NCBI GenBank assembly: GCA_023920165.1
Contig: CP089276.1
Coordinates: forward strand, 620,001-684,000
DNA from: Curvularia clavata
Taxonomy: Eukaryota
Direction of reading: 5' to 3'
DNA: 64,000 bases
The notes under the pieces: generated by a model
Told to the model about the DNA's origin: nothing
Database searches by the model: none
The model's input: only the letters and a program-made list of their open reading frames with translations
Translations under genes and position numbers: made by a program
Shown here: positions 1 through 12,674 of the stretch, in pieces
How positions within the stretch are numbered: the stretch's first letter is position 1
Layout: each line of letters opens with the position of its first letter

Positions 1-267
1 TCGGAACAAGTCTATATACTCGTAGTAACCAGTTGTTTGACAATTTAGAACAGAGTAAAAAGTCGATAGATCTTGCAATGGAAGGTATCTTGTTGTTACC
101 CCTCACCACTATGTGGGGCTTCAGTTACCCCAAGACCACCCCCGCATCAGACATCTACAACAGTCCCCACTTGGAAGCTTGATTAAAGCAGTCAAATAAC
201 TAGTTTGCTTCCTAGTACAACCAGGTCAATCTCTATACAGTATCTTGAATATATAACAAAAACCACT

Positions 268-1370
268 ATGGATCCAGCACAATTTGGCATAAGCACACTT
301 GAGATGCGCCATGCGCCTTACGGACCTATTCTTCCTGAAGCACTCGAAGGTTCCAATAAAGATAAAGTCGCCCTCATAACGGGTGCAGGCCAGGGCATCG
401 GCGCAGCCATTTCCGAAGCTTTGGCGAAATCAGGAGCTAGTATAGCTATTTTGGACATCAATGTCGACCGTTTAGAGCAAACGAAGAAAACATGTCTAGC
501 CTTCGGCGGCAAGGTAGAGGCATTCGGATGCGATGTGCGGGATCAAGAGAAAATCACTGAAGTTTTGGCGAAGGTGCTGAATCAATTAGGGCCAATCGAT
601 GTGTTGGTGAATAATGCGGGGATATTCGATCAACGGCCGTTTATGATGAGTAGTTTTGAGGGATTCTGGAAACAAATTGAAGTCAACTTTAAAGCCGTAA
701 GCTACCTTTAACTTGATTGAGAAGAAGACACGCAGACTAATTTTACTGCTAGCCCTTGATGCTCATCCACGCGATTCTACCTCAGATGCGCGACCGTGGG
801 CATGGCTGCATCATCAATATCGCCTCTCGTTCCGGAACAGTCGATGTACCCATGACGCTTGGCTATGTGAGTTCTAAAGCAGCGCTGATTCGTGCAACGC
901 ATACGCTGCAGAAGGAAATGGGGCTCGATGGGCTGGATCCTGCGATTCACATGTACGCGCTCCACCCGGGTGGTGTGCGTGGCAATATGGGTGGAGGTAA
1001 GTTGATGTGACATACCTGCGATACAAAGCAAAAGGATGCTAATACAGCGAAGCCGGCGCAGCAGAAGACGTAAAGAAGAAGTATGGGGATCTCACAGACG
1101 AAGAATTCTACAAGCATCTTTTCAAGGATTCGCCATCGCTTTGCGGCCAGACATGCGCATGGTTAGCCACTGGGCAAGGGAAAGAACTAAGGGGTCTGTT
1201 CCTGGGTAAGCCGCTTCGAGTTTCTCGAGTCAAAATTCAAGGACTGACTGTATTCAGATTGTAGACAAGATGTCTCGAAACTGCTAAGCATTGGGCGTCA
1301 GACTTTGCTCAAGGAAAATCGGAATACGTTGACAGTCAACTTCATTGAAGGCTACTGCAACGAACCATAG
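268..1370 (+). CDS. Classical short-chain dehydrogenase/reductase (4 exons)
   Basis: TGAGQGIG NAD(P)-binding motif, NNAG and YVSSK catalytic motif. Introns at approx. 697-752, 997-1052 and 1206-1257. Ends ...GYCNEP TAG. Confidence 0.9.
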
Positions 1371-2540
1371 AAATTAGGGGTAGTAATTCGTTTCAACAAC
1401 CAGTTGAGTAACGTACGATATCTGGATCAAGGTAGGTTTTGGAAATACTCATTCAAAATGAATACGAGCTGTTCCTTGTTCCTGCAAAAATCGTCCCGTG
1501 GGCTGCTTTCGCAGCTGCTACGCCTAATCCTCGCTATCGCCAGAGCATGTGGTCCCACTATGACCCATGTTGTTCTAGAACAAGCTCATGCTCCCCATGT
1601 CAGACTTTGTGGATGAGTACCGAGGTGCAGATTGCCAGGACCACAACGCCCGGCAGTTGAAATAAGCCGGACCGGGATTGGTCGGTCATAGCTTGTCAAG
1701 CTTTTGTTTCAGTCATGCTAGGGCACATCATTGAACGCACAGACTGTTGGAGAAAGGCTTGTTGCTGGAGCGAATCATCTTCGCCCTAGAATATTTGAAA
1801 TAGGTAGAGTAGGATGAGCTGATACAACGCTGGCGAAATTGCTCTGCAAACTAAGTAGGCCCGCTCTTAAGCTCGTCAAAACTGCCGTAATCATCCTAGA
1901 ATAAAGGGCTCTCTTCCATACAGCTTTTGTTGTCCCTTTTGAGCTCGTACCCTAATTCAGCTTCCTTTTTGAGTCATTACTTTCACCTCGCCGCGCTAGA
2001 AACGGCTTAGCTTCCGCATTAGTAACATTGGTGCAAAATCTACGGCCGTGCAATCAAGCTAATGATTGGCCGGTCATATACCTGCAATTTCACCACTTAA
2101 GCAATACGACAGCTGCTTGTACAATTCTTGTTTCGCGTTTATTGCTTACACAAAAACATACATAGCCTAGTCTCACCCATGGGGTATCTTTGCGGTGGCG
2201 CCCGCCACTTCTTCTAGGCGAAAGCTTATGCCACAGTTGTGCTCCAAGGCATAAGAGGATGAGGTTCTGATCAGCAGCGATCATAAGGAATTATTGAGGT
2301 TCTCCAGATCGAAGTTTTCAATTTTGCTGTAGCAGATGTCTAGGTTATGGTCGTTTGAGAGCTCAGTCACGTAACCCCCAGCTACGTGATCACAGTTACA
2401 TAAGCAACAAACGGACCAGCGCTGAATCAACGGTCTAGAACCGGGCCACCACCCACTTTTGATTGCTTAGTTAGTCAGAATTCAACCCTTGTTTGAAGCC
2501 ACAGGTTACAATATGTCCCACCACCCACAGTTCAGTTGCC

Positions 2541-4322
2541 TCAAACGGTCTCCCTCTTTTCAACATACTCGGTACTCATCTCCTTATTCCCTTCGGTGAA
2601 TTTCGTACTCTCATGCGCAGCAATCCGCTCGTCGGCCTCAATAAACTCAATCGGACGATGCAGTTGTACAGCGAGCTTATTTCGGTGAACGAACAGACCA
2701 GGCTTTGTTTCAAAGAAGCGGTCAATGTCCTCCAAGGTCCGGTTGGCCGTCTCAGGGTAGAGGAAGTACGTGATTGGGATGAACGAGAAGCAAATAACAG
2801 CCCAAATAATCCAGAACTTGTACCCAAGATTTTGGATGCCTGGAAGTGTGGCCTGTACAACGCCATAATTACATATCCAGTTGGTCGCTTACGTTCGTCA
2901 GTCGCCAAATACAAAGAACTCAGGAAATTAGACCTACCCATGGCGAGCGACGCTCCCTTGGTTCGCATCTCGAGTGCATTAATCCTACAAGGAACATCAG
3001 CTCAGATCTTCTGAAATACGAGGTGGAACTTACTCCGTCGGATACAACCACGGCACCCCCAGAACGCCCATACCGAAACTGGCAAAGAAAACGAAAAAGA
3101 ACGAGACGGCAACGATACCAAGTTTGTATGAGTTACCGCCGGCTTCTGTTTGGCCCTGGGATGCTGCAATGACGATCCAACAGATAGAGCATGCACCTGC
3201 AGAGACCATCATGACCTTCCGGCGCCCATAGCGTTCAATGACGAAGTAGGCCAGACAGGCGAAGATAAGGTAATCCACTGAGCCTGCCGCTGCCAAGATA
3301 CGCGACAGCAGCTCTGAAATACCCAAAGCATTGATAAAGATGTACGACATGTAGTAGCTCGTAACATTAATTCCGGAAATCTGATTCATCGCCTGCATCC
3401 AGGCACCTAAGAGCATGCGTCTCAAGACGCCGCTAGGACCTTTACCAGTGAGCAACTGTGTCCAAGTGTAAGTGTTCATATGCTCGCGATCCAGAATGTC
3501 CTTGATGATATTGTACTGGGTGACAACAGAAGCTGACTCGGGTGTGGCTCCATGGCCTTCAAGCGCAGCAAGAACTTCTAAAGCTTCTTCTTGCTTGCCC
3601 TTGCGGATGAGGAGACGTGGCGAGTCCGGTAGAAATGGGCACATGGCGAAGATGCACAGTGTGAAGAAGAGTTGGAAGGCGAGGGGAAAACGCCATGCGA
3701 TATCACGCGGTGCGAAGGAGAAGCCGAGAGTCAGCCAGTTCGAGATACTGAATCCGGTAATACAGTTGGCTATATATGTGGTGAGTTACTTTCATGAGAA
3801 GGTATGTATATCGTATTGACTTACCCATTTGAATGATGACAAGCTTTCCTCGACTGTTCATCTTGCTCGTTTCTGCTTGCCATACTCCAGCTGTGGCAGT
3901 GTTGGCGCCAGTACCGAGTCCAGCTACGATGCGACCAACCATCATGCTTGCTACCGTCCAGCTGCAGGTTTGAATGATGGCTCCGATTCCGATGACTGCT
4001 GAACCAAGTATGATCTGCCGTGGTCGACCAAGAATATCACCTGTCCAGATGGTGCTCATAGCACCTATAAAACACCCAATGTTATATATGGACGTCATAG
4101 TGCCTTGCATATCGGCTGATGGGTGACCAAAGGTCTCAAGGAAGTTCTCTGAGATAATGACATTACCAAAGACACCTTGATCATAACCGTAGAAGCTGCT
4201 TTGAATTAGCCATGGGTTAAAACATAGCTCACAAGTCTAACCTACATAAGCACTGTACTGGCAGCAATCGAAATCCATACAGTTAATCGCTCACCGGAGC
4301 CTCCAAGGTATTTACGCGCCAT
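2541..4322 (-). CDS. MFS sugar porter (STL1-like hexose/polyol:H+ symporter family), multi-exon
   Basis: Starts MARKYLGGSGERLTVWISIAAS. Sugar-porter motifs FYGYDQGV, GDILGRPR, PDSPRLL, NQISGIN, IERYGRR, PWLYPTE and FVETK. Confidence 0.92.
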
Positions 4323-4602
4323 GACTGACGCTCGAGAAAGTGTCGGTAGATGTGAAGCGTTTGAGATCACAGGAAATGGCTATGTGATTTGGTTTGAGAG
4401 GTAAAGGAAGTCGTCGAATTAAGCACAGTGTTGATCCACACTTCGATCTACTGGGAGTCTACCAAACTCCAACACTGTCCCACGAACTGGTGGCGATACA
4501 CACAACTTTATAACTATTCCGGCAATGCGTTCTCGGAGTCTGCACCGCCTATCATCATCCCATATACCGAAGCTTGTTGAGCCTTTGTAAGCTTCCGATG
4601 GC

Positions 4603-4898
4603 CTGGGGCTCCACCAGTGTTCCCCGGACCCAGAGAATACCCCATATTCGGAGGGAAACGACCCACTCTGTCCACGTTCTTGCTCTCTGAATGGCAATCA
4701 CGGCGTTTAAGCCGAGTGAGACGCGGAAAATGCATGCATGGTAGCGAACGATGACGCTGTAGTCGCGGGGAGGGCGTAAGGAGAGGAGTGCTCCATTGCG
4801 GAATACCGAGTTGGGGAAAGCGGGCCAGAGACACAAACAGGGATGACGGCAAGTTTGGCGACATGCGGGGTAATCAAGGAAGAAGGCCGAGTGTGGGG
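4603..4898. promoter_or_regulatory. Cluster of CreA-type SYGGRG sites in the divergent transporter/GH27 promoter
   Basis: CTGGGG 4603-4608 abuts CTCCAC 4609-4614. Also GCGGGG 4765-4770, GCGGGG 4865-4870 and GTGGGG 4893-4898. The motif is short and degenerate, so function is inferred. Confidence 0.4.
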
Positions 4899-5252
4899 GC
4901 GATCCCTGCCCGTGTTTACTTAACCGTTGTTAGCCTCCGCAGTTATGCATTCGTTAGGATCCCCCAAATTATTCCGCGGAATTTAGATATCGCGTCGTCG
5001 ATCCGTTTGGTGGCTCTCCTGTGCACAATCATGGCCTCGAGCGCAAGCACTTCCACACCTAGTAGTCACCCCGACAAAAAGCCGGTAGCTTGTCTCAGCC
5101 ACCGGCAAATCATATACATGCCAGCCTCTGGTTTCATGTAGGAGATTAAAGTGAATTGTAGTGTAGAACGCTGTATAAATAGATGTGAACGTTCACCATG
5201 TAGTGAATACTACCTCTCAGCAAGCAGCTCCGCCAGCTCACACTCTTTCACC

Positions 5253-6964
5253 ATGATTTGGACTAACTCGTTTCTCGTCTCCCTTGCGGGTGTATCTCAT
5301 GTCGCAGCCCAGTCATTTCAGCAAACACCCGTAATGGGCTGGAACTCATACAACCAGATGTCATGTAGTCCCAATGCCCAGAAGATCACCACCACAATCA
5401 ACTCTCTTGCCAGCCGTGGTTTCGTCAGTGCAGGTTACAAGTTCTTCCAGATTGACTGCGGATGGGCCTCGAGAGACGGACAGCGAAATTCTACCAATGG
5501 CGCTTTGAAAGTAGATCTGGGTGCTTTTCCGAATGGACTCCAACCACTGGCTGATCTAGCGAGGTCCAAGGGAATGAAGTGGACCATGTACTCCGACGCA
5601 GGCGTGAGGATGTGCGATCCTCAGTCGCCAAGCCCAGTTTTGGGTTCTCTTGGACACGAGGCAGCGGATGCGGCTTTCTTCAAATCGCTCGGTACTGAGT
5701 ATGTCAAGTGTAAGTCTAGTGAAAAGCATTCTCGCCACAGGGATAGCAAACTTACAGATTTGTAGACGACAACTGCTACGCTGATGGACCGGCAGCCAGT
5801 CAAAACGCACCGAAGAACGCGAGGACTGACTTTGTAACTCGAATGGGCGCCATGTGGAAAGAGCTGCAGAAAGTGGGCATTCCTGGAATGCTCATTTGCC
5901 AATGGGGTGTTCCTTACTCTACCTCAGCTGGCTTGGAGGGTCCTGATGAATGGACCAAGGGCATCTCTACATCGTTCCGCCTGTCAGACGACATTACCTC
6001 CGGCTGGGCTTCGATGTACCGCATCTACAACCAAGCTATCCATATTGCGAAATCAGGCAATGTTGGTCCAGGCCACATTGCTGATGCCGACTTGCTCGAG
6101 GTGGGCAACAGTGCTATGACATTTGACGAACAGGCCACGCATTTTGCTGCATGGGCTATGCTCAAGTCCGCGCTGATGATTTCGACCGATGTCCCCGCCT
6201 TATCCAACGAATTGGTGGCTGTGCTCCAGAACAAAGACCTCATTGCAATCAACCAGGACTCGGCCGTCAAGCCAGTAACTCTCCGCCAGCGATGGACCGG
6301 TGACCGCGATCTTTGGGCAGGTGACCTTGCAAATGGAGACATGGCCGTCTTGGCTGTAGATCTTAGCAAAACGGCCCGCACGCTCACTGTGCAACTGGCA
6401 GATCTCGACATTGCCTCGGCCACTATCAAGGATCTTTGGTCTGGAACCACCACTACTGGCTCTTCCTTCTCCAAACAGGTCAAGGCTCACGGATCGGTCG
6501 TACTACGCCTGTCCAACATTCAGCGTTCAACTGCCAGCAAGCCAAATTACACGTACATCTCTGCATCCACTGGTTCGCTCGCCTCTGGTGCAAATATTCA
6601 AACTTGTGCAGGCTGCACTTCTTCCAACAAGGTCGGCAACCTAGGCGGTTCATCGAATGGCCGCCTTACTCTGTCGAACATTCGCACTTCCAAGGCAACC
6701 CAGACTGTACGCTTCGACTACATCAACGGCCAGGTCGACTACATGGGAGGTAGCAACGAGCGTCTTGCATCCATCAGCGTCAACGGCGGCCCTGGAAAGA
6801 CTGTCAGCTTCCCGCTGTCCGGATACAACTGGAGCCAGGACGTGTACAAGAACTATGGTGTGGAGCTGTCAGGATTCAGCACTACTGGCACCAACACAAT
6901 CACCATTTCGGGTGCTGGAAGCGCAAATGGCCCCGACCTAGACCGAATCGGAGTCGTCGCCTAG
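5253..6964 (+). CDS. Secreted GH27 alpha-galactosidase / beta-L-arabinopyranosidase-like enzyme with C-terminal CBM35-like module
   Basis: Signal peptide, TPVMGWNSYN, IDCGW, YVKYDNCY nucleophile motif (split by intron 5710-5765), FRLSDDI acid/base region, ADADLLEVGN, LIAINQD. C-terminal beta-sandwich ends in GPDLDRI. Confidence 0.92.
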
Positions 6965-7168
6965 TTCATGTAGGCAATTTGGGAGGTGTTTTTTTGTTGA
7001 GCTAGCGACATGTTGAACTTTCTCTTCATCTGTATATATTGCTGATCATATATGATAACTTTGACCGATTTCTCCAAGAATCCTGCAGACACGCAAAGTG
7101 CCAACAAAGAGTCATGTCTGCTATACCATTCCCGCTATATTCCCTTTAGTCTCACGGTCCTGTCCATC

Positions 7169-8001
7169 TTAAAAGCCCTGTTGCTCTGGGGCCCAAGTAG
7201 GATCCTCTTGGCTCTTGATAACCTCATGCACCTCAAGCCTAGACTCTACAATCTCCCTTCCATTAACAAGGTCATTCTCATCAGCTCTCTTCGCTGCCGC
7301 CTCTTCATTTTGAGCGATGCCAGCTTTGACATGGCGATGAATCAGTCTCTTGTGAGCAACATCAAAATCGACGTCAACAAACCACAGCTCATCCATAAGC
7401 TTGGCCGCGTCACTCCAGGGCGACTTGTTCAGCGAACAGTAATTGCCTTCGAAAATGACAATGCGGACGGATGGTGCAATGGCAATGTCGTTGGCAACCG
7501 GGTCTTTGACGGCATGATCAAAGCTTGGGGCATACAATGTTGCAGTCTCTGGACATAGGGGCTCCCGGAGTTTCTTCACAAGTGCGTAAAAGGAGTCACC
7601 ATCGAATGTGAACGCGGCACCTCGGCGGGCATGTGCGCTGTCGGGATCTGGCATGGCATCCAGCTGAGCGCGAGACAGATGGAAGCCGTCCATGGGGATA
7701 AAGGCAGAGACTGAGTTACTGTTCGCCGTGCCTGGTGACTGCTGCGCCTGTTTTTCATTGAGTTTGGTTGATACTTTGGCTGCTAATGTGGTTTTACCTA
7801 GTCGTTGTTAGCTTGTCGAAGCGCTGCTGGTACAGGGTACGTACCCGACCCGGGGATCCCAGAGACAGCAACCATTACTCGCTGGGATGCTGGGGCATCT
7901 TCATACTTGGCTACATGGTTGTCAGTACATGTCCTGGGCCTGAATGGGCAACGTTAAGTACCCCAGATCTTGTCCACCAAACGCTCGACTTGTTCGTCCA
8001 T
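7169..8001 (-). CDS. YFH7: P-loop kinase, phosphoribulokinase/uridine kinase family (YFH7-like)
   Basis: Walker A GIPGSGKTT reconstructed across an intron. Also PMDGFHL, RRGAAFTFD, PSFDHAVKDP and IFEGNY. Confidence 0.85.
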
Positions 8002-8755
8002 GTTGTAAACGTGTGATCTATTGTGTAAGATGCAGATAGCTCTATATATTTCCGGTCGTCACAATCCTGGGGAAGATCAGGGTTACAAGCCTATCAGTGC
8101 GGGATGTGGACGTTTTTCATCTTGTATATCTGCGCGAACATGCAGGTTGTGGTAGTCTCGGCAGGTGGTGGATCCACGTTGGATCCGCTGACGTCGCGCG
8201 GGGGAAGAGCGGCTCTGAATTACAGCGTGCCTCTCTGCTCTTCACGAAGATCGACCCAACCCACGCTTAACATAAACTCATGAATTACGTGGAATAAAGA
8301 AATGCATGCGCTTATGGAGGATCGGTATGCGGCGATCAGAGACGCAGGAGACATTGATCGTAGACGTGGGCAAACATAGGATTCGCTGCCGCTGATAAGT
8401 GACAAAATGCCCTTACATGAAAGCCGCGTGGACTCTGTAGGTGTAACAGTGAGTAAAGCCTGTTATCTGTTTATCGCGTGCCATTGATTTGCGGTTGAAG
8501 GCCAGTTCTGGGTAGAGGATGCATACACAGCATTTCGCAATGGCGTCACTGCTGGTGCTTTGGCCAATTATGAGAGACGTGGCTCCAAAAGAACCGTGGC
8601 TGGGCATTCTTATCCCAAGAGCCTGCGCGTCGCGGGGCAGGTAACGGCAGCTAGAGACGCATCAAGAAGATGATCTATAGTGCTATATTGCCGCAGTTCT
8701 GCCGTTAAGTTTGCAGTTGTTTAACCCGACGCGTTGAGACGCGTCAATCTCCAAT

Positions 8756-11508
8756 ATGGTCCCCTGGACGCTTCTCGCTCTTGTCCTTGCCATCGTTGCA
8801 CCCACATCCGCTGCGGATGATAATCTGTCTGCGGATACTCAATCGCTACTATGGGGTCCCTATCGGCCAAATGTATATTTGGGGCTCCGTCCCCGAGTAC
8901 CCAAGAGTGTCGTTGCAGGTCTGATGTGGTCGAGGTTGGAGGACGTTGCGACAAGTGAGTAAAAAAGTTAGCATGGGTGTTTGCAATACTAACGGGTTGT
9001 GTAGCACTCCGACACAATGTTAACCAAAGCGAGGGCATGCTGCGTTACGGCTGGACTGCCTACGACACCCGAGAGGGTGGCCGACAAATTATAGAAGACG
9101 ATGGCAACAAAATCAACATTACGACAGCATTCATAAAGTACTCTGAAGGACAGAACCAAGGCAATTGGGGTTTAAGGGTAAAAGGTCTGCCTAGGCCTGA
9201 TGCTCCACCCGATCTGAAGACGACGGTCATCTTCTACCTAGGCATGGAAGAGAAGAAGGCTTGCACCAACTGCAGGTTGGATGCTCGCCAACAGCTCGGA
9301 GAAGGCGAGGACACATCTGTCCATGCTGTGAACATGAACCTCGTCCACCCAAAGCTGGGTACCTCTGGCATTCACATTCCTGTTCCCAGCAATAGTGATG
9401 GAAGCCGCGAGATATCATATGTCAAGTCACTCAATGTGACGGAAGACCGGTTGTGGCAGGCCAAATGTACGTACTTGATATGCCAGAGTCTATCCCTCTC
9501 TCTTCCACCGTGATCTTCAATTCTCTCAATATGAACCGCCGGCTGATGAACCTGCCTGTAAGAAGCCACCTTTTTGGATACACTCAAAGACCAATCAAAA
9601 GAACGCAGGGATCCAGGACCATCTGATATTGTGCTTGAAAATGCTCCAGGTGCAGGCAACATACAATTTGTACAGATGGTATTTCATGGAGAATTTCAAG
9701 TGAGTGCTACCGTTCACATTTGCGTGCTGTACTAAGCTTTGCTAGTTTGATATTCTCTATTCTACCGAGACAGCAAAACGAACCATGACATGTGAGTGCG
9801 GCTGTTTCCTCTCACTCAAGCAGTTCATTCTCTGCCGAAGGGGATTGACTAATCTTTCCTAGCCGCGAGCCTTACTGCAGACCTAGAAAAAACTGTACAG
9901 ACGTTTGGAAAGAACTTCCTTTCAGTTTTCAATCCGAACCCACCCTTCAAGACCTTTCCGCACCTGAGTTTCTCCAAGAGCGTCTTCTCCGATTTACTAG
10001 GTGGTCTTGGATATTTTACCGGTACCTCAAAGGTCGTCACGGCAAAGAAGGCCATTTACTCTGAGACGACTGCCAACTTTTGGGAGAAGTCCGCAGACGC
10101 TAATAAACATACAACACCAGAGACAAAGGGCCCACACGAGCTTCTCACACATACGCCGTCTCGCGCAGTGTTCCCACGAGGCTTCCTATGGGACGAAGGC
10201 TTCCACCTCCTTCTCGTCATCGAATGGGATGCAGACCTTGCATTGGAAGTGATACGCGACTGGCTCTTCCTGATGGATGATGACGGCTGGATTGCGAGAG
10301 AGCAGATTCTAGGCGCTGAGGCAGCAGCCTCGACGCCTCCAGAATTCATCAACCAGTTCCCGCATATTGCTAACCCCTCAACAATGTACATGGTCATCTC
10401 AAAATTCATCAAGATGCTCAAGGGAACGATCAAATACTATGGCCGTGAGTCGCTGTACATGTCTAAGCCCGAAACCGGCAAAGCGCTGGTAATCAAGATG
10501 CAGCCACTCTTGAAAAGACATTATGAGTGGTTTCGCAAGTCGCAGTCGGGAGACGTCGAAGCTCATTCCATTCCACCTGCCAACCTGAACGAGGGTTACC
10601 GATGGCGAGGTCGAACACCAGGATACACTCTTGCCAGTGGTCTAGATGACTATCCCAGAGCCGAGCCTCCGGACCTCACTGAGTTGCATGTAGATGCCTT
10701 ATGCTGGGTCGGCGTCATGGGGCGTACACTCGAGCAAATCGCCTTCTTCGTTGAAGACGCACATGATGCATTCACCTATCAGAACCACGTTCGCGGCATC
10801 AAAACCAACCTCGACATCCTCCACTGGTCCGAAGACGCCAACCTCTACTGCGACACTCTTGTGCGAAACCAAAAGCACACGTACATCTGCCACAAGGGCT
10901 ACCTCTCTCTCTTTCCGCTCCTCACCGGTTTCGTCGACGCCTCGCACCCACATCTCGGCGCTCTTCTCGACCTCATACGCGACCCCCAGCACCTCTGGAC
11001 CGAGCACGGTGTCCGTAGCCTCAGCCCTGAAGACAAGGTCTACGGCCTAGGCGACAACTACTGGCGCTCACCCATATGGATCAACATCAACTTCCTTCTT
11101 CTCGAGCGCCTACTATTCCTCGCGCAAACAACCGGTCCCCAGCAACACCGCGCACGCAGCATGTACATTGAGCTTCGCCGCAATATCGTAAACACCGTCT
11201 TCACCTCGTACCGTGACACTGGTTTTGTCTGGGAACAATATGATCCTGTCAGTGGCCAGGGGCAGCGAACGCAGCAGTTCACAGGCTGGACGGCCCTTGT
11301 CGTCAAGATCATGGCGATGCCGGACTTAGAGACAGAGCAAGGCGTTAAAGAGCAGGTGAAAGGGTACTATGAGGAGGCTAAGAAGCAGGCGGTTAAGAAT
11401 CCGGGGCTGGATGCTGGGGGTGTGCTGTTGGTGATGGGGTTCATGGTGTTTTTTTACATGACGAGGAGAAGGTTTGCGGGGACGTTGAGGACTTGGATGA
11501 GGAATTGA
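8756..11508 (+). CDS. GH63 mannosyl-oligosaccharide glucosidase (ER glucosidase I, Cwh41/Gls1 homolog)
   Basis: LLWGPYRPNVYLGLRPR, FPRGFLWDEGFH, GWIAREQILG, SGLDDYPR, YWRSPIW, WEQYD and FTGWTALV. Four introns between 8955 and 9861. Confidence 0.93.
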
Positions 11509-11822
11509 GGGGGTGGAGGAAGAGGAGATTTTGGCAGTTTAGATAGAAGAGCAGGCTCCCTGGTCTTGGTTTATCTGGTGCATATGGTTGTTAGTAAAGC
11601 CCATAGATAGTTTGTATGGTTGCACAGAATATTATGTTTAGAGGGTTTACTAGGTATTGCCATATCTTGTGCCAATACTGTTCGTAGAAAACTGGTTTTT
11701 TAGTCAATTTCATGCTCTTCCAGTAGATATCTAGGTCAATATCTTTTGTGCTTGTTCTCATCACAACCTCCAGAAAGGCATGTACCTGCTTCCATGGCGT
11801 CCTTCAACTCCCCATTTCGTTC

Positions 11823-12674
11823 TTAATTCACACTCCTTTCCACAACCAGAATGTACCTCATATCCATCCAAAGAGTTCTAGGTACCCTCGTATTGTACTT
11901 GTACCTTCCTATCTCTTCTTCCCATCTAATCCAGACCCCATCGTGTGTCCCGTCCACATCACCAACCAGCCATCTCACCGCGCGCTCAACTATGTCCTTG
12001 GCCTCCTTATTTGCCAAATCACTACTAGGCATATGACTCAAAAACCTAACCCTGACCCTCTTCACCCTCTCCGCCCAAAACTTCAACATCTCATACTCCA
12101 CACGCGTTCTAGCCTCCACCTCCGGATAAGGGCGGCCAAACCAGCAATCCATCATCAGCTCCACCAGCCGCGCGCCCCTGCTGTGTAAAACGTGTAGCGC
12201 CAGTTTTTCCTGATGTTCTACCACGTAGTAATGATTTCGTTCTTCACTCATCTCCTCTCCTTGTCCAACCCGTCCCAGCGCTACACTTCTCAACACCAGC
12301 GTCCCCACCATGTGTCCAATAAACCAACCCAACGTCTCCTCACCCCTGTCCATCTGTCTCAACCCGCCCGATAGCGGCATCCATGCATACTCCCTTCGAA
12401 TCAGCCTCGCTACCTCGCTTAGAACAAGTCTTGAAGCGAGAAGCCAGCTTGGAAGACCCTTTACCGCTGGAGTGGACGGAATGCGTAAGTCGTTTACAAG
12501 ACGTGGCTTGCGAAAGGCGACAAGGATGAGGGGTAGGAATGGCGCGGGGCAGGAATTGGAAAGGGAGAGGGAGAGAGTGGGGGGAAGGGCTTGGATGTAG
12601 ATTAGATCGCGGAGTTCGGGGGGTAATTGAAGGAAGGGTGAGAGAACTTGGGGGTCGGGATGGAGGTCTTGCAT
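11823..12674 (-). CDS. Hypothetical protein with N-terminal F-box-like motif
   Basis: 283-aa ORF with SPFLQLPPELRDLIY near the N-terminus, typical of fungal F-box-like proteins. The remainder is unrecognised. Confidence 0.6.
   Translation of the reverse strand: MQDLHPDPQVLSPFLQLPPELRDLIYIQALPPTLSLSLSNSCPAPFLPLILVAFRKPRLVNDLRIPSTPAVKGLPSWLLASRLVLSEVARLIRREYAWMPLSGGLRQMDRGEETLGWFIGHMVGTLVLRSVALGRVGQGEEMSEERNHYYVVEHQEKLALHVLHSRGARLVELMMDCWFGRPYPEVEARTRVEYEMLKFWAERVKRVRVRFLSHMPSSDLANKEAKDIVERAVRWLVGDVDGTHDGVWIRWEEEIGRYKYNTRVPRTLWMDMRYILVVERSVN

Noticed and set aside
1400..2450. Possible RIP-degraded gene between the SDR and the sugar porter
   Set aside because: The interrupted frame shows no recognisable family motif, and any stop codon can be rationalised as C-to-T.
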